The notes under the pieces are model-generated. The model did no database searches. It was not told the DNA's origin and worked only from the letters and a program-made list of their open reading frames with translations. The position numbers and the translations under genes are program-made. DNA of 64,000 nucleotides from Candidatus Dormiibacterota bacterium (lineage in GTDB: Bacteria > Chloroflexota > Dormibacteria > Aeolococcales > Aeolococcaceae), in the NCBI GenBank assembly GCA_963833055.1, contig CAWHWM010000004.1, forward strand, positions 391,643 to 455,642. The letters are read 5' to 3'. Within the stretch, counting starts at the first letter, position 1. Every line of letters starts with the position of its first letter. Below are positions 35,214-47,358 of this stretch, in pieces.

Positions 35214-35942
35214 ATGACTGCATCACAGCCGACCATCGTCGCCACGAGCATCGGATTCCATCCCGACGGCGGGGACCAGTGGAACTTCCGGCCGGGCCCC
35301 GCGTACTCGATGGCCGCCGATCTCGCCGGCGCCGGTGCGCACCCGCGCCTCTGCATCATCGCCACGGCTGCCGCCGACAGCGCGGTGTGGCTGAGCGCGC
35401 TGCACCAGGCGTTCTCAAAGCTCGACATGGTGGTGTCGCACCTCGATCTCTACCCCATGCCCAACTACGACGACGTCGAAGCGCACCTGATGCAGCAGGA
35501 CGTCATCTGGGTGAGCGGCGGCAGCACCGCGAACCTGCTTGCTCTGTGGCGTGTGCACGGGCTCGACGTCATCCTCCATCGGGTCTGGCAGGCGGGCGTC
35601 GTGCTGATGGGCGTCTCGGCAGGGTCGTTGTGCTGGCACGTCGGCGGGACCACCGACTCGTTCGGCCCGCATCTGCGCCCGGTCACCAACGCGCTCGGAT
35701 GGCTGCCGTACGGCAACAGCCCGCACCATGACGCCGAGGAGGAGCGCCGCCCGCTGATCCACAAGCTCGTCGCCGACGGCACGCTGCCGCTTTCGTATGC
35801 CACCGACAACGGCGCCGGCCTCATCTATCACGGCACAGAGCTCTATGAGGCGTTCGCCGAGACTCCCGGCGCGCTTGCGTACGAGATCCGGCGCGACGGC
35901 GACAGCGCGCGCGAGACGCCACTGCCGACGAGAGTGCTCTGA
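35214..35942 (+). CDS. Peptidase S51 (dipeptidase E / cyanophycinase-like) family protein
   Basis: VIWVSGGSTANLLALW and nucleophile motif GVSAGSLCW. Confidence 0.75.
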   Translation: MTASQPTIVATSIGFHPDGGDQWNFRPGPAYSMAADLAGAGAHPRLCIIATAAADSAVWLSALHQAFSKLDMVVSHLDLYPMPNYDDVEAHLMQQDVIWVSGGSTANLLALWRVHGLDVILHRVWQAGVVLMGVSAGSLCWHVGGTTDSFGPHLRPVTNALGWLPYGNSPHHDAEEERRPLIHKLVADGTLPLSYATDNGAGLIYHGTELYEAFAETPGALAYEIRRDGDSARETPLPTRVL

Positions 35943-35963
35943 CCGCTCGGTAGCATCTGCGCG

Positions 35964-37065
35964 GTGGAAGAGCGACTCCCGCTCGCGACGCTGCTGTCCC
36001 ACGCGCTCGTCGCGTACACGATCGAGTTCGACAACGAGTTCGAGCGCCAGTCGCCGCATCGCACGGAGCTCTTCGGCCCAGCAGGCGGCGGTGGGCCCTG
36101 GCTGGTGTCGATGGTCATGTGGTTCAACTGCATGCGGCATGTCGCCGAGACGCCGATCACCGTCGAGGACCTTGTGCGTCGCGCGCGTACCCGGACCAAC
36201 CTTGCCGGCATGCACCGATGGCGATACATCGACGTGGAGGCGAAACCCGGTGACACGCGGGCGAATCCGCCCGATGCCGATCTGCTTGTCCGTGCGACGC
36301 GCAAGGGAGGTCTTGCGCAGCAGGTCTGGCAACCGCTCGCGGGTGACATCGATACGCGTTGGGACGATCGATGGGGAATCGACCACATGGACGCGCTGCG
36401 CGTGGAGCTTCGTACGCTGCTGGCGCAGTCCGTCCTCGATCTGCCCGACTGTCTCCCGATCGTGCATCACGGTCTGTGGTCGGCAGGGCCGGTGCGGCCT
36501 GGGTTTTCCGCTCGTATCGACACGTCCGACGATGGAGGTTTACTCGCACTGCCGTCGCTCCTCTCGCGCGTGCTCTTGATGATCGCGATCGAATTCGAGT
36601 CGCGGTCGAAGGTGTCGCTCGCCATTCACGCCGACGTGCTTCGGGTCCTCGGCGAAGCGCCCACGCGGCTCAGAGATCTGCCGCGCCTCTCGGGCGTCTC
36701 CAAGGAGGCGATCAGCATGGCGATGGGGTTCGTTGCGAAACGCGGCCTCGTGGTGCTGGAGCCGAACCCGAATGGCAAGCCGGGCAAGGCGGCGCGGTTG
36801 ACCGGCAAGGGCGTTGTCTCGCGACGAGATGCACGCGCGCTTGTTGCGAAAGGTGGAGGAGGACTGGGACGCGCGATACGGCACCGCGGTCATCGGCGCC
36901 CTGCGCGAGCTCCTCGAATCGCTCAGTGGGGATGCTCGCGGGTCACGGTTGTTGGAGGGTATCCCGGCGTTCCCGGACGGATGGCGTGCGAAGGTGCCGA
37001 AGGCGGAGACGCTGCCGTCCTTTCCGATGGTGCTGCATCGCGGCGGATATCCCGACGGCAGCTGA
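35964..37065 (+). pseudogene. Double winged-helix (MarR-like) DNA-binding protein with a +1 frame disruption near 36808-36816
   Basis: ORF 35964 onward ends usefully at ...GKAARLTGKG. ORF 36814-37065 continues LSRDEMHARLLRKVEEDWDARYG. Length is 3n+1. Confidence 0.55.
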
Positions 37066-37140
37066 CGAGGCCGCGGCCGCTCCTCGGATAGACTGCGAGC
37101 CCACGCAGTCGGGGAGGGAGATCCCACTGGAGGCAGACCA

Positions 37141-37710
37141 ATGCGTTACCAGGTTCGCGAGAAGATCCTCCGCCTCGGCGAGGACAACGACATCCTCAAC
37201 GAGGCCGGCCAGCCTGCGCTCCAGGTCGACGGCAAGGTGCTCAGCCTGCATGGACTGATGCTCGTCAACGACCTTGCCGGGACCGAGGTCGCGCGTGTGA
37301 GCCGGAAGCTCGTGGCACTGCTCGCGACCTACGACATCGCGCTTGCCGCAGGGGGAACCGCCGAGGTGCACCAGCGCTTCACCGGCCCGTTCCACCCGAA
37401 GTGGAACATCTCGGTCGCCGGTGGGGCGGAGTTGGAGATGGGCGGGAACTTCGCCGGCCACGATTTCACGATCACCGAGAACGGGCAGACGATCGCGACG
37501 ATCTCCAAGGCGTGGATCAGCCTTGCGGACTCCTACGGCGTCGACATCGTCGAGGGGCAGAACGATCTGCTGCTCCTCTGCTGCGTCCTCGCGCTCGAGG
37601 CGGAGCAGGATCGGACGCGGGAGCACAACCAGGGATCGGGGGCGCTCGGCGGCCTTGCGGAACTGGGGGAGATCGGCGGTCTGGGCAACATCCTCAAAGG
37701 CCCGCTCTGA
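37141..37710 (+). CDS. LURP-one-related (LOR, tubby C-terminal-like fold) family protein
   Basis: MRYQVREKILRLGEDNDILNEAGQPALQVDGKVLSLHG...YGVDIVEGQNDLLLL matches the bacterial LOR pattern from memory. Confidence 0.65.
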   Translation: MRYQVREKILRLGEDNDILNEAGQPALQVDGKVLSLHGLMLVNDLAGTEVARVSRKLVALLATYDIALAAGGTAEVHQRFTGPFHPKWNISVAGGAELEMGGNFAGHDFTITENGQTIATISKAWISLADSYGVDIVEGQNDLLLLCCVLALEAEQDRTREHNQGSGALGGLAELGEIGGLGNILKGPL

Positions 37711-37754
37711 CCGAACGTCTGTTCTCTCTGGGAGAGTAGAATGGTTGGTCCCAG

Positions 37755-40700
37755 ATGAGCGACATGAGTGCGTTTCACCCTGCAGTGCGGGCCTGGTTCG
37801 AGCGCCGGTTTCCCGAGGGGCCCACACCCGCGCAGACCGAGGGTTGGCCGCAGATCGCGGCCGGACGCAACACGCTGATCGCCGCACCGACTGGTTCCGG
37901 CAAGACGCTCGCGGGGTTCCTCGTCTGCATCGACGCGCTGTACCGCGCGGCCGAGCGGGGCGAGGTGGTCGAGGGCATGACGCAGGTCGTCTACGTCTCG
38001 CCGCTGAAGGCGCTCGCCGTGGACGTGCAGCAGAACCTCGAGACACCGCTTCGAGAGATCGCGGACGTGGCCGCAGAGATGGGGATGACATTGCCCGCTC
38101 TGCGCGCCGAGGTGCGCACCGGGGACACCACGCAGTCGATGCGTGCGGCGATGATCAAGCGCCCACCGAACTTCCTGGTCACGACGCCAGAGTCGCTGTA
38201 CCTGCTCGTCACGGCGCAACGCAGCCGCGCCGCGCTGCAGTCCGTCACCACCATCATCGTCGACGAGATTCACGCGGTGGCACGCGACAAGCGCGGCTCG
38301 CACCTCGCAGTCACGCTCGAGCGTCTTGCGCGCCTGTGCGTGCAACAGCCGGTCCGCATCGGGCTGTCGGCAACACAACGGCCCATCGAGACGGTGGCGC
38401 GGTTGCTTGTCGGCGCCGGGCCGTCGCGTTGCAATCCGGACGGCAGCCCGCGCTGCGCCATCATCGATGTCGGCCACCGGCGCGCGCTCGATGTCGCCAT
38501 CGAGCTACCATCGGGTGAGCTCGAGGCCGTCGCGTCGCGCGAGCAGCTCGGTGAAGTGCTCGATGCCATCGCAGCGCATGTCAATGCGCATCGCACCACG
38601 CTGGTCTTCGTCAACACGCGGCGTATGGCTGAGCGGGTTGCGCATCAACTGGCGGAGCGCCTTGGCGACGAAGCGGTTGCGGCGCATCACGGCAGCCTTT
38701 CCAAGGAACGCCGTCAACGAGTTGAAGTCGCAACTGCGCGCCGGCGAGCTGCGTGCGCTGGTGGCCACGGCGTCGCTGGAGCTCGGCATCGACATCGGGC
38801 CGATCGAGATGGTGTGCCAGATTGCCTCACCACGCAGCATCGCCACGTTCCTGCAGCGCGTCGGGCGCTCCGGGCACAGCCGCGGCGGGATGCCCAAGGG
38901 CCGCCTGTATCCGATGACGCGCGATGAGCTCGTCGAATGCACGGCGCTGCTTGCCGGAGTGCGAAGCGGCGCACTCGATGCTGTGCATCCTCCGCGCCTC
39001 CCGCTCGACATCCTCGCGCAGCAGATCGTTGCGGAGTGCGCGGCGGACGAGTGGCGCGAGGACGATCTCTTCGAGCTGATGCGCACCGCCGCGCCGTTCG
39101 CCGACCTGACGCGCGTCGACTTCGACCGCATCATCGACCTCGTCTCAGAAGGCATTCCGACGGGTCGCGGGCGCGTTGCCGCCTATCTGCATCGGGACCA
39201 GGTCAACGGCGAGGTGCGCGCGCGACGCGGTGCCCGGCTCGCTGCGCTGACCTCGGGCGGCGCAATCCCGGAGACGGGCGACTACCGCGTGCTTGCGGAG
39301 CCCGATGACACGTTCATCGGCACTGTCAACGAGGACTGGGCGATCGAGTCGTCGGCGGGCGACATCTTCCTGCTGGGAAGCACGTCGTGGAAGATCCGCC
39401 GCGTCGTGGCGGGAACCGTGCGCGTTGTGGATGCGCATGGCGCGCCGCCGTCGGTGCCGTTCTGGCTCGGCGAGGCACCCGCGCGCACCGAGGAGCTCTC
39501 GCGCGAGGTCTCGGACCTGCGGAGCGGCGTCGAGGCACTGCTCGCCGAAGGTGGCGCCGATGAGGCGATCACGTGGGTGGAGCAGCGCGCCGGCGTGGAC
39601 AACGATGTCGCAGCCATGGTGGTGCGGTACCTCGCAGCCGGACGCACCGCGCTCGGCGTGGTGCCGACGCTGGAGCACATCGTGCTGGAGCGTTTCTTCG
39701 ACGACAGCGGCGGGATGCAGCTGGTCGTGCACGCGCCGTTTGGGGGCCGCCTCAACCGTGCTCTTGGACTCGCGTTGCGCAAGCGGTTCTGCGCAACCTT
39801 CGATTTCGAGCTGCAGGCCGCGGCAAGCGACGACTGCGTGCTGCTGTCGCTCGGTCCGCAGCACAGCTTTCCGCTCGAGGACATCCCGAAGTTCCTGTCG
39901 TCCAACACGGTGGAGGAGACGCTGCGGAAGGCCGTGATCTTCGCGCCGATGTGGAATGTTCGCTGGCGCTGGAACCTGAATCGGTCGCTCACGGTGCTCC
40001 GCTTCAAAGGCGGTCGCAAGAACCCGGCGCCGATTCAGCGGCTCGAGTCCGACGACATCATGGGAGCCGTCTTCCCGCAGCTGGTGGCGTGCCAGAACGA
40101 GAACCCGACGGGGCCACTCGAAGCGCCCGATCATCCGCTCGTCAACCAGACGATGTACGACTGTCTCCACGAGGTGATGGACGTCAACTCGCTGCGCGAG
40201 CTCGTCGTGCGCATCGAGCGCAAGGAAGTGCAGATCAGCTTCCGCGACACCGTGGAGCCCTCGCCGCTGGCGCATGAGATCGTGAACGGCAGGCCATACA
40301 CCTTCCTCGACGACGCGCCTCTGGAGGAGCGGCGCAGCCGCGCGATCACCTTGCGCCGCGGGCTGCCGGTCGAGGCGCGCGACCTTGCAGCGCTTGACCC
40401 CGACGCCATCGCGCGCGTGCGAGGCGAGGCAGCACCGGAGCCTCGCGATCACGACGAGCTGCATGACCTGCTGGTCTCGCTCGTGCTCATGCGGCCGGTC
40501 GAGCGATGGACGGCGTCCTTCGAGCAACTGGTCGATCGGGGCAGGGCTCTCATCGTCCGCCACGGGGAGCACGACTTCTGGTGCGCAGCAGAGCGCCTGA
40601 CCACTGTCGAGCGGCTGTGGCCGGACGCACAACGCATTCCCGCCTCGTTCTCACTGCCGCCCGCGCTCGTGGATGGCGCCCTTGAGCCGGACGTCGCGGT

Positions 40701-42015
40701 GGCGGCGATCCTGCGCGGCCACCTCGAGGTCAGCGGCCCGATGACGGCGCAGGAGCTTGTGACGCTGACGAGCCTGAGCAAGACCGAGATCGCTGTCGGG
40801 CTCGCCATGCTCGAGGGCGAGGGCTTTGCGCTGCGCGGCCACTTCGATCCCGGGGTCGAGGACGACCAGTACTGCGCGCGCCGCCTGCTGGTCCGCATCC
40901 ACTCGTACACGCAGCATCGCCTTCGTCAGGAGATCGAGCCGGTCACTCCGCAGGACTTCATGCGGTTCCTGCTCCGCTGGCAGCGCGTTGCACCAGGAAC
41001 CCAACGCGAAGGTCGCGCCGGAGTCGCGGCGACGATCGCACAGCTCCAGGGATTCGAGATCCCCGCCGGCGTCTGGGAGGAAACGGTGCTGCCGAGCCGC
41101 GTCTCCGGGTATCGCAGCGCGTGGCTCGACGAGCTCTGCATGTCGGGCGAGGTTGCATGGGCGCGGTTGAAGGTTCGCGAAGATGCGGATCCGGGCGCTG
41201 CGCAACGCAGCAGCAGCTCGGCGTCGCGTGCGACCCCGGTCACGCTGGTGATGCGCTCGGACCTGCCGTGGCTGCTCCAGTCCGTTCGCGGCGATGCGCA
41301 GCCCGTCGAACCAACCTCGGGCGCGACCCTCGATGTGCTCGATGCGCTGCGCGGGAGCGGCGCCCTGTTCACCAATGACATCGTCACGCTGTCGCGCCGG
41401 CTGCCGAGCGAGGTTGAAGACGCGCTCTGGGACGGTGTGGCTCGTGGCTTGCTCACCGCTGACGGATTCAGCGCAGTGCGCAGGCTGTTGGTCAGTCGCC
41501 GGCTCGGACGCGCTCGCCCATACCACCGCGGTCTGCGCCACGGCGTCAGTGGATACTCGTCGGGCGAGGGCCGGTGGTCGCTCGTGCCGCGGGTGTCTGC
41601 GGTCGCTGAGCACGATGCGCTCGCGGAGGCGATCGCCGAGCAGCTGCTGGTGCGCTGGGGAGTCGTGTTCCGCGACGTGGTGGCACGCGAGACCATCGCG
41701 CTGCCGTGGCGCGATGTGGTCTGGGCCCTGCGTCGCATGGAAGCCCGTGGCACCGCACGCGGCGGACGCTTCGTCACCGGCTTCGCCGGCGAGCAGTTCG
41801 CGTTGCCGGAAGCCGTGGATCAGCTGCGCGAGGTGCGGCGTCGCGAACGCACCAATGAGGTGATCCGCACATCGGCCACCGACCCGCTTAACCTCGCCGG
41901 GATCCTGCTTCCCGGTCCGCGCATCACCTCGGTGCGAACCAACACCGTGGTCTTCGAGGACGGTGTGCCGACCACAAGCGCAAGCCCTGCGTTGGCAGGT
42001 TTCGCGCCGCGCTGA
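37755..42015 (+). pseudogene. lhr: Lhr-type large ATP-dependent DNA helicase (DEAD/DEAH box) with a +1 frame disruption near 38724-38730
   Basis: FHPAVRAWFERRF, Walker A APTGSGKT, DEIH and AAHHGSLSKERRQRVE are in frame 0. QLRAGELRALVATASLELGIDIG, QRVGRSGH and the long Lhr C-terminal region are in frame 1. Total about 1420 codons. Confidence 0.85.
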
Positions 42016-42031
42016 CGCGCCGCCGATCGGA

Positions 42032-44524
42032 CTAGTTTGTCGTCGCCGAGACTGGTTCGAACGTGAGGTCGGCGGGCTCGGGATCGGCTGACACATCAGC
42101 GAGTGGCCAGAGGATCGTGAACTGGCTGCCGCCCTTGTCGTCGCTGTGCGCTCGCACCGTGGCAGCGTGTGCGTCGCAGAGGCGGCGCACCAGCGCAAGT
42201 CCCATGCCCATGCCGCCGTGGCGGCGCGTGCGGCTGTTGTCCTCCTGATAGAAGCGATCGAAGAGGCGGGGGATCGCCTCGGCGCTGATGCCGATACCAT
42301 CGTCCGTGACCTCGATCCTGCACGCGCCCATGCCCTTCTCGGGACGGGCGCTCACGGTCACGTGGCCGCCTTCCGGTGTGAATTTCACCGCGTTGTCGAT
42401 GAGCGCTCGCAGCACCTGGCGGAGCCGGAACGGATCAGCGTTGACGACAGGCTTGCCGCGCACGTCGATGGTGAGCTCCACCGGCAGCGCGTCCTTGAAG
42501 TGACGCCGGACGTCGTTGGCAGCATCGCGGATCGCGCCGTCGACCTCGACAGGCGCCATGCGCACGTCGATGGTGTCCGAGTTGACGAGCGCGAAGTCGA
42601 CGACATTCTCGACGGTCTCGCCGAGCAGCTTCACCGAGATGTCGATGTCGCGGACGATGTCGAGCCGGGTTGCGTCGTCCCACTTGTGCCACGCGACGTT
42701 GAGCAACTCGATCTGCCCCTGGATCGCGAGCACCGGCGTGCGCAGCTCGTGTTGCGCGGTGTCCAGGAAGTCGCTCTTGAGCTGGTTCAACTCGGAGAGC
42801 CGTCGTACGGCTTCGCGTTCCTGTTCGAGGGTCCGGGTGTTCTCGATTGCCACTGCGGCGTTGTTGGCGAGTGTGGTGAGCGCGCGTTCGTCGCTGTCGG
42901 CAACCGGTCGATCGGACGCCACCAGCAGCACACCGGTCAGTGCTTCCTGATAGAGCATCGGCACCGCGATCGCAGCGCGACCGCCGGCCTGCAGACGGAC
43001 GCTGTGCCCGGCGGCAAGCTCGTCCACCGACAGCTCGTCGGCCATGTCGGGAATCTCCGGTCCACGGCTGCGCATCCGCAGGATCTCGTTGCCCCGCTTG
43101 GTGTACATCGTTGCGCTCGCCGATCCGCCTGCGATCGCGTCGGCGGCGCCGAGCACGGCGTCCTGCAGCTGCTCGATGCCGCCCGTGGTCATCGTCAACG
43201 CGCGTGACACATCCTGCAAGCGGCCCACCGAACCGTCGATGTGTCTGATGTAGCCGGCTATCTGATCGCGCATGCTGTTGACACCGGCGGCCAGACGGCC
43301 CAGCTCATCGCGTGACGTGACGGGGATATCGGTCGTGTAGTCCCCGGCCGCAATGCGCTCGACACCACGCTCGAGACGCGACACCGGACGGCGGACGAAG
43401 CGGTCGACGAAGAGCAACACCAGGATGGCGACGACGATCATCGCCGTCAGCGCGATCTCCGCGATGGTGCCCTCATCCTGCGCGGTGCCGGCAGCGAAGA
43501 GCGCGACGGGCACCTCGACGCCGATGTAGCCGGCCACGGTGGTGCCGCCCGGTGCGGTGAGTGGCTCAAAGCTTCCTGCAACCGCACCGACGCCCGCCAC
43601 CGTGTAGATGGCGTGAGCAGCGACGGTGCTCGATGCCGGATGCGTGTGACCGGAGAGCTGCTGCGCGACCGTGGCGGGAACGGCAGCGGCATCCGGCGTG
43701 TACGCGCTTCCCGTGTAGCGGATCACCCCGGGGTGAGCGCCTGCTCCGATGAAGACGGGCGTGTACCCGATGACCGGTCCGAAGCGCGCGAACTGCACCT
43801 GGAGCGGCGCGCTGTACACGACGACGCCCAACGGTGTGTACGTGCCCGCCTGGACGTTGTAGACCGGCACCGCAACATCGAGCGCAGGCAGGCCACCGCT
43901 CAGGAACTCAACACCCTCGACCCCCGACGGGCAGCGTGCGGCCGTCGCTGGAGTCGCAGCGATGACGGCGCGCGCTTGCTGACATGCGGGGAGCGCCGCG
44001 ATCTTCAGCGCCGCCTGTACCGAGGGAACGCTGCTCGTCACGTGGCCGCCGGAGGACTGCTCGCACACGGCGGTCGTGGGATGGGTCGTGGCACCCGCCG
44101 GTGTGGTGGTGTCGCATTCGCTCGTGTAGAGCACGGTGCCCTTGGTGCTCAGGATCACCACGTCGAGACCCTGGACGTCGACGACGCGCCGGTCCGTGAA
44201 CTCCGCGGCGAGCAGTGCAGCCGGGCTGCTGCCGGCCAGCGCCAGCTGCATCGACGTGAGCGAGGCGGTGTTCGTGGCCGCGTACTGGGCCTGCGGCTGG
44301 ATCACGCGCGAGATGAGCTGGCTGGCGACGCCTGCCCGGTTGTCGGCGTTGGAGAGGGCTCCGGCGTTGGTCTGCTGCGACCGGCTCACCAGGAGGAAGC
44401 CGCTCACGCCGGCGATCAGGAGCGCGGTGAAGACAAGGCCGCCCGCGAGCAGGCGGCCGGCGAGGCTGGTCCGCAGGCCGAACCTGCGACGGACGAAGTG
44501 GCCTCCCGACCCAGGTACTCCCAT
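42032..44524 (-). CDS. Sensor histidine kinase with a large extracytoplasmic domain, HAMP, GAF, HisKA and HATPase_c; no adjacent response regulator
   Basis: H-box HELRTPVLAI, N-box IDNAVKFT, G-boxes DDGIGI and GGMGMGLALV. Two TM segments flank a domain of roughly 320 aa. Confidence 0.85.
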   Translation of the reverse strand: MGVPGSGGHFVRRRFGLRTSLAGRLLAGGLVFTALLIAGVSGFLLVSRSQQTNAGALSNADNRAGVASQLISRVIQPQAQYAATNTASLTSMQLALAGSSPAALLAAEFTDRRVVDVQGLDVVILSTKGTVLYTSECDTTTPAGATTHPTTAVCEQSSGGHVTSSVPSVQAALKIAALPACQQARAVIAATPATAARCPSGVEGVEFLSGGLPALDVAVPVYNVQAGTYTPLGVVVYSAPLQVQFARFGPVIGYTPVFIGAGAHPGVIRYTGSAYTPDAAAVPATVAQQLSGHTHPASSTVAAHAIYTVAGVGAVAGSFEPLTAPGGTTVAGYIGVEVPVALFAAGTAQDEGTIAEIALTAMIVVAILVLLFVDRFVRRPVSRLERGVERIAAGDYTTDIPVTSRDELGRLAAGVNSMRDQIAGYIRHIDGSVGRLQDVSRALTMTTGGIEQLQDAVLGAADAIAGGSASATMYTKRGNEILRMRSRGPEIPDMADELSVDELAAGHSVRLQAGGRAAIAVPMLYQEALTGVLLVASDRPVADSDERALTTLANNAAVAIENTRTLEQEREAVRRLSELNQLKSDFLDTAQHELRTPVLAIQGQIELLNVAWHKWDDATRLDIVRDIDISVKLLGETVENVVDFALVNSDTIDVRMAPVEVDGAIRDAANDVRRHFKDALPVELTIDVRGKPVVNADPFRLRQVLRALIDNAVKFTPEGGHVTVSARPEKGMGACRIEVTDDGIGISAEAIPRLFDRFYQEDNSRTRRHGGMGMGLALVRRLCDAHAATVRAHSDDKGGSQFTILWPLADVSADPEPADLTFEPVSATTN

Positions 44525-44635
44525 TTGATCGAGCCTATGTGGGCGGCGGCGGCATCGAGTCGGGTGTGCGCTCGCAGTCCGGCAACGGGGTCGTGACGAA
44601 CGTCCTCGACCCGCTTCGCGACTGGGTGTTCCCGA

Positions 44636-45262
44636 ATGCTCCGGTACCCGTACGCTTATGGAATGCCGTTTGGACGCCGTCGCTCAGTGGACCGGGTCGT
44701 CGAGGATCCAGAACGGCACGGCCTGGGACCCTGGCTGAAGCGCTGGACGATCCCGATCATCGGGGCGCTCACCCCGATGGCGCTGATCGTCGTGAACATC
44801 GCCGCCTTCATCGTCCAGCACCTGACCCAGTTCCGCTGGACGATCACGATCCTTGCCTTCGTGAGCGGCATCATGCTCAACTCCTGGACGGCGCTGAACA
44901 TCTACCGGGTGCTGCAGGTCCGGCGTCCGGACCATCCCGTGGTGAACGAGCGCAACCAGGAGGTGGTCCTGGTGGTCGGCATGGGCCTGGTGATCATCTT
45001 CGCCTTCGTCACCGCCCTCTTCTGCTACCTCGGCCTGGCGAACGCCAAGGACCTGCCCAACGGGCTGACCTTCTTCACAGGATTCTTCGCGGCTGCGGTC
45101 CCGATCCTGCTCCGGGCGGCGTTCCGTCGCGGAGGGTCGAGAGGTCGCGGCCGTGGCAACGGCCAGTCGCGGGTGAGCAACGTCTCAGGATTGCCGCCGC
45201 CGGCGCCCATGCCGCCGCCGCCGACGTCGGCGACGATGCGGGACACGATTCCCAGAAGGTAG
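44636..45262 (+). CDS. Hypothetical membrane protein with a Gly/Arg/Pro-rich tail
   Basis: The ORF has about 4 hydrophobic segments. No family was recognised. Confidence 0.5.
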   Translation: MLRYPYAYGMPFGRRRSVDRVVEDPERHGLGPWLKRWTIPIIGALTPMALIVVNIAAFIVQHLTQFRWTITILAFVSGIMLNSWTALNIYRVLQVRRPDHPVVNERNQEVVLVVGMGLVIIFAFVTALFCYLGLANAKDLPNGLTFFTGFFAAAVPILLRAAFRRGGSRGRGRGNGQSRVSNVSGLPPPAPMPPPPTSATMRDTIPRR

Positions 45263-45322
45263 TTCTGGAACGCGGCTCGAGGCGGACCGCAACGCGGCCG
45301 CCCCGGCCTGTCCCCGAGGTTG

Positions 45323-47257
45323 TTAGACCTCTTTGAATTCTGCGTCGACCACGTCGTCCGCGCCTGCGCCGTCAGCCCCATGCGCGCCGTCGCTCGTATC
45401 GGGAGCACCGCCGTCGCCGTTGCCGGCATGCGGCTCGCCCGCGCCGGGTTGGGCCTGCTGGGTCTGCGCGTACACGGCCTCGCCGATCTTCTGGATCGAT
45501 GACGCAAGGTCGTCGTGCGCCTTCTTGATGGCGTCGGAGTCGTTGGTGGCAATTGCGTCACGAACTGCCTTGACCTTGGCCTCGATATCCGTGCGCAGCT
45601 CGGCCGGCACCTTGTCGCCCGCGTCAGCGAGCGCCTTCTCGGCCTGGTAGGCAAGCTGATCGGCTCGGTTCCTCGTCTCGACAAACTCGACACGCTTGCG
45701 GTCCTCGTCGGCGTGGACCTCGGCCTCCTTCACCATGCGCTCGACCTCGTCCTTCTGCAGGGTGGTGGAGCCGGTGATGGTGACCTTGTTCTCCTTGCCG
45801 GTGCCGCGATCCTTGGCGCTGACGTTGAGGATGCCGTTGGCGTCGATGTCGAAGCCGACCTCGATCTGCGGCATGCCACGCGGTGCCGGCGGGATGCCGT
45901 CGAGCGTGAACGTCCCGAGGATGCGGTTGTCCCGCGCCAGCGGACGCTCGCCCTGGAGCACAACGATCTCGACGGACGGCTGGCTGTCAGATGCGGTCGA
46001 GAAGACCTGGGTCTTGGCGGTTGGGATGGTGGTGTTGCGCTCGATCAGCTTGGTGTTGACCTCGCCCTCGGTCATGATCCCGAGCGACAGCGGTGTGACG
46101 TCGAGGAGGAGCACGTCCTTGACCTCGCCCTTCAGCACGCCCGCCTGGATGGCGGCGCCCACCGCGACCACCTCATCGGGGTTCACACCACGATGCGGGT
46201 CCTTGTTGGTGAAGCTCTTGACGAGCTCCTGGATGACCGGCATACGTGTCGACCCGCCGACGAGGATGACCTCGTCGAGCTCGTGCGCCGTCATGCCCGC
46301 GTCCTTGAGCGCCGACTCGAACGGTCCGCGGCAGCGCGACGTCAGGTCGTCGGTGAGCTGCTCGAACTTGCTCCGCGACAGGGTGATCGCGAGGTGCTTC
46401 GGACCCGATGCATCAGCGGTGATGAACGGAAGGTTGACCTCGGTCTCCTGGCGCTGGGAGAGCTCGATCTTGGCCTTCTCCGCGGCCTCGGTCAGGCGCT
46501 GCAATGCCTGCCGGTCGCCACGGAGATCGATGCCCTGATCCCGCTTGAACTCGTCGGCGAGCCAGTCGACGATGCGCCGGTCGTAGTCGTCTCCACCGAG
46601 GTGGGTGTCACCGTTGGTGGACTTGACCTCGAACACGCCTTCACCGACCTCGAGGATCGAGACGTCGAACGTGCCTCCGCCGAGGTCGAAGACGAGGATC
46701 TTCTCGTTCTCCTTCTTCTCGAGCCCGTACGCGAGGGCGGCGGCGGTCGGCTCATTGATGATGCGCAGGACGTTGAGCCCCGCGATCTGGCCGGCGTTCT
46801 TGGTCGCCTGCCGTTGCGCGTCGTTGAAGTACGCGGGCACCGTGATCACCGCGTCGGTGACCTTCTCGCCGAGATAGGACTCGGCGTCCGTCTTCAGCTT
46901 CTGCAGGATCATCGCGGAGATCTGCTCGGGCGTGAAGTTCTCGCCGCTGACCTCGACCTCTGCGCGGCCGTCCTTGCCGGCGACGACCTTGTACGGCACC
47001 TGCTTCGCCTCGGTGCTCACTTCACTGAGCAGGCGGCCCATGAAGCGCTTGATCGAGTAGACGGTGTTCTCAGGATTGACTGCGGCCTGACGCCGGGCCA
47101 GCTGCCCGACCAGGCGCTCGCCGGTGCGCGTGAACGCGACGACCGACGGGGTGGTGCGGCCTCCCTCGGCGTTTGCGATGACGACGGGCTCGCCGCCCTC
47201 CATCACTGCAACCACGCTGTTGGTGGTGCCGAGATCGATACCGACGGTCTTTGCCAT
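45323..47257 (-). CDS. dnaK: Molecular chaperone DnaK (Hsp70)
   Basis: [34 protein letters not shown], and an acidic C-terminal tail. Confidence 0.97.
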   Translation of the reverse strand: MAKTVGIDLGTTNSVVAVMEGGEPVVIANAEGGRTTPSVVAFTRTGERLVGQLARRQAAVNPENTVYSIKRFMGRLLSEVSTEAKQVPYKVVAGKDGRAEVEVSGENFTPEQISAMILQKLKTDAESYLGEKVTDAVITVPAYFNDAQRQATKNAGQIAGLNVLRIINEPTAAALAYGLEKKENEKILVFDLGGGTFDVSILEVGEGVFEVKSTNGDTHLGGDDYDRRIVDWLADEFKRDQGIDLRGDRQALQRLTEAAEKAKIELSQRQETEVNLPFITADASGPKHLAITLSRSKFEQLTDDLTSRCRGPFESALKDAGMTAHELDEVILVGGSTRMPVIQELVKSFTNKDPHRGVNPDEVVAVGAAIQAGVLKGEVKDVLLLDVTPLSLGIMTEGEVNTKLIERNTTIPTAKTQVFSTASDSQPSVEIVVLQGERPLARDNRILGTFTLDGIPPAPRGMPQIEVGFDIDANGILNVSAKDRGTGKENKVTITGSTTLQKDEVERMVKEAEVHADEDRKRVEFVETRNRADQLAYQAEKALADAGDKVPAELRTDIEAKVKAVRDAIATNDSDAIKKAHDDLASSIQKIGEAVYAQTQQAQPGAGEPHAGNGDGGAPDTSDGAHGADGAGADDVVDAEFKEV

Positions 47258-47358
47258 GTGGGGTCCTCCGGGGACTGATAACTCAGGGTGTTCTATGGAG
47301 CGTCGCGAGGACGCCCTTATCGAATACCGCGCGCCACCGACATGCTAAACGTAGAGGG

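Noticed and set aside
45515-47278. 587-aa plus-strand ORF
   Set aside because: It is antisense to dnaK. The same reasoning applies to 3619-4947 (antisense to priA), 39145-40632 and 40651-42300 (lhr), 52664-53839 (gatB), 57639-58994 (dnaE) and 16410-17567 (MFS).
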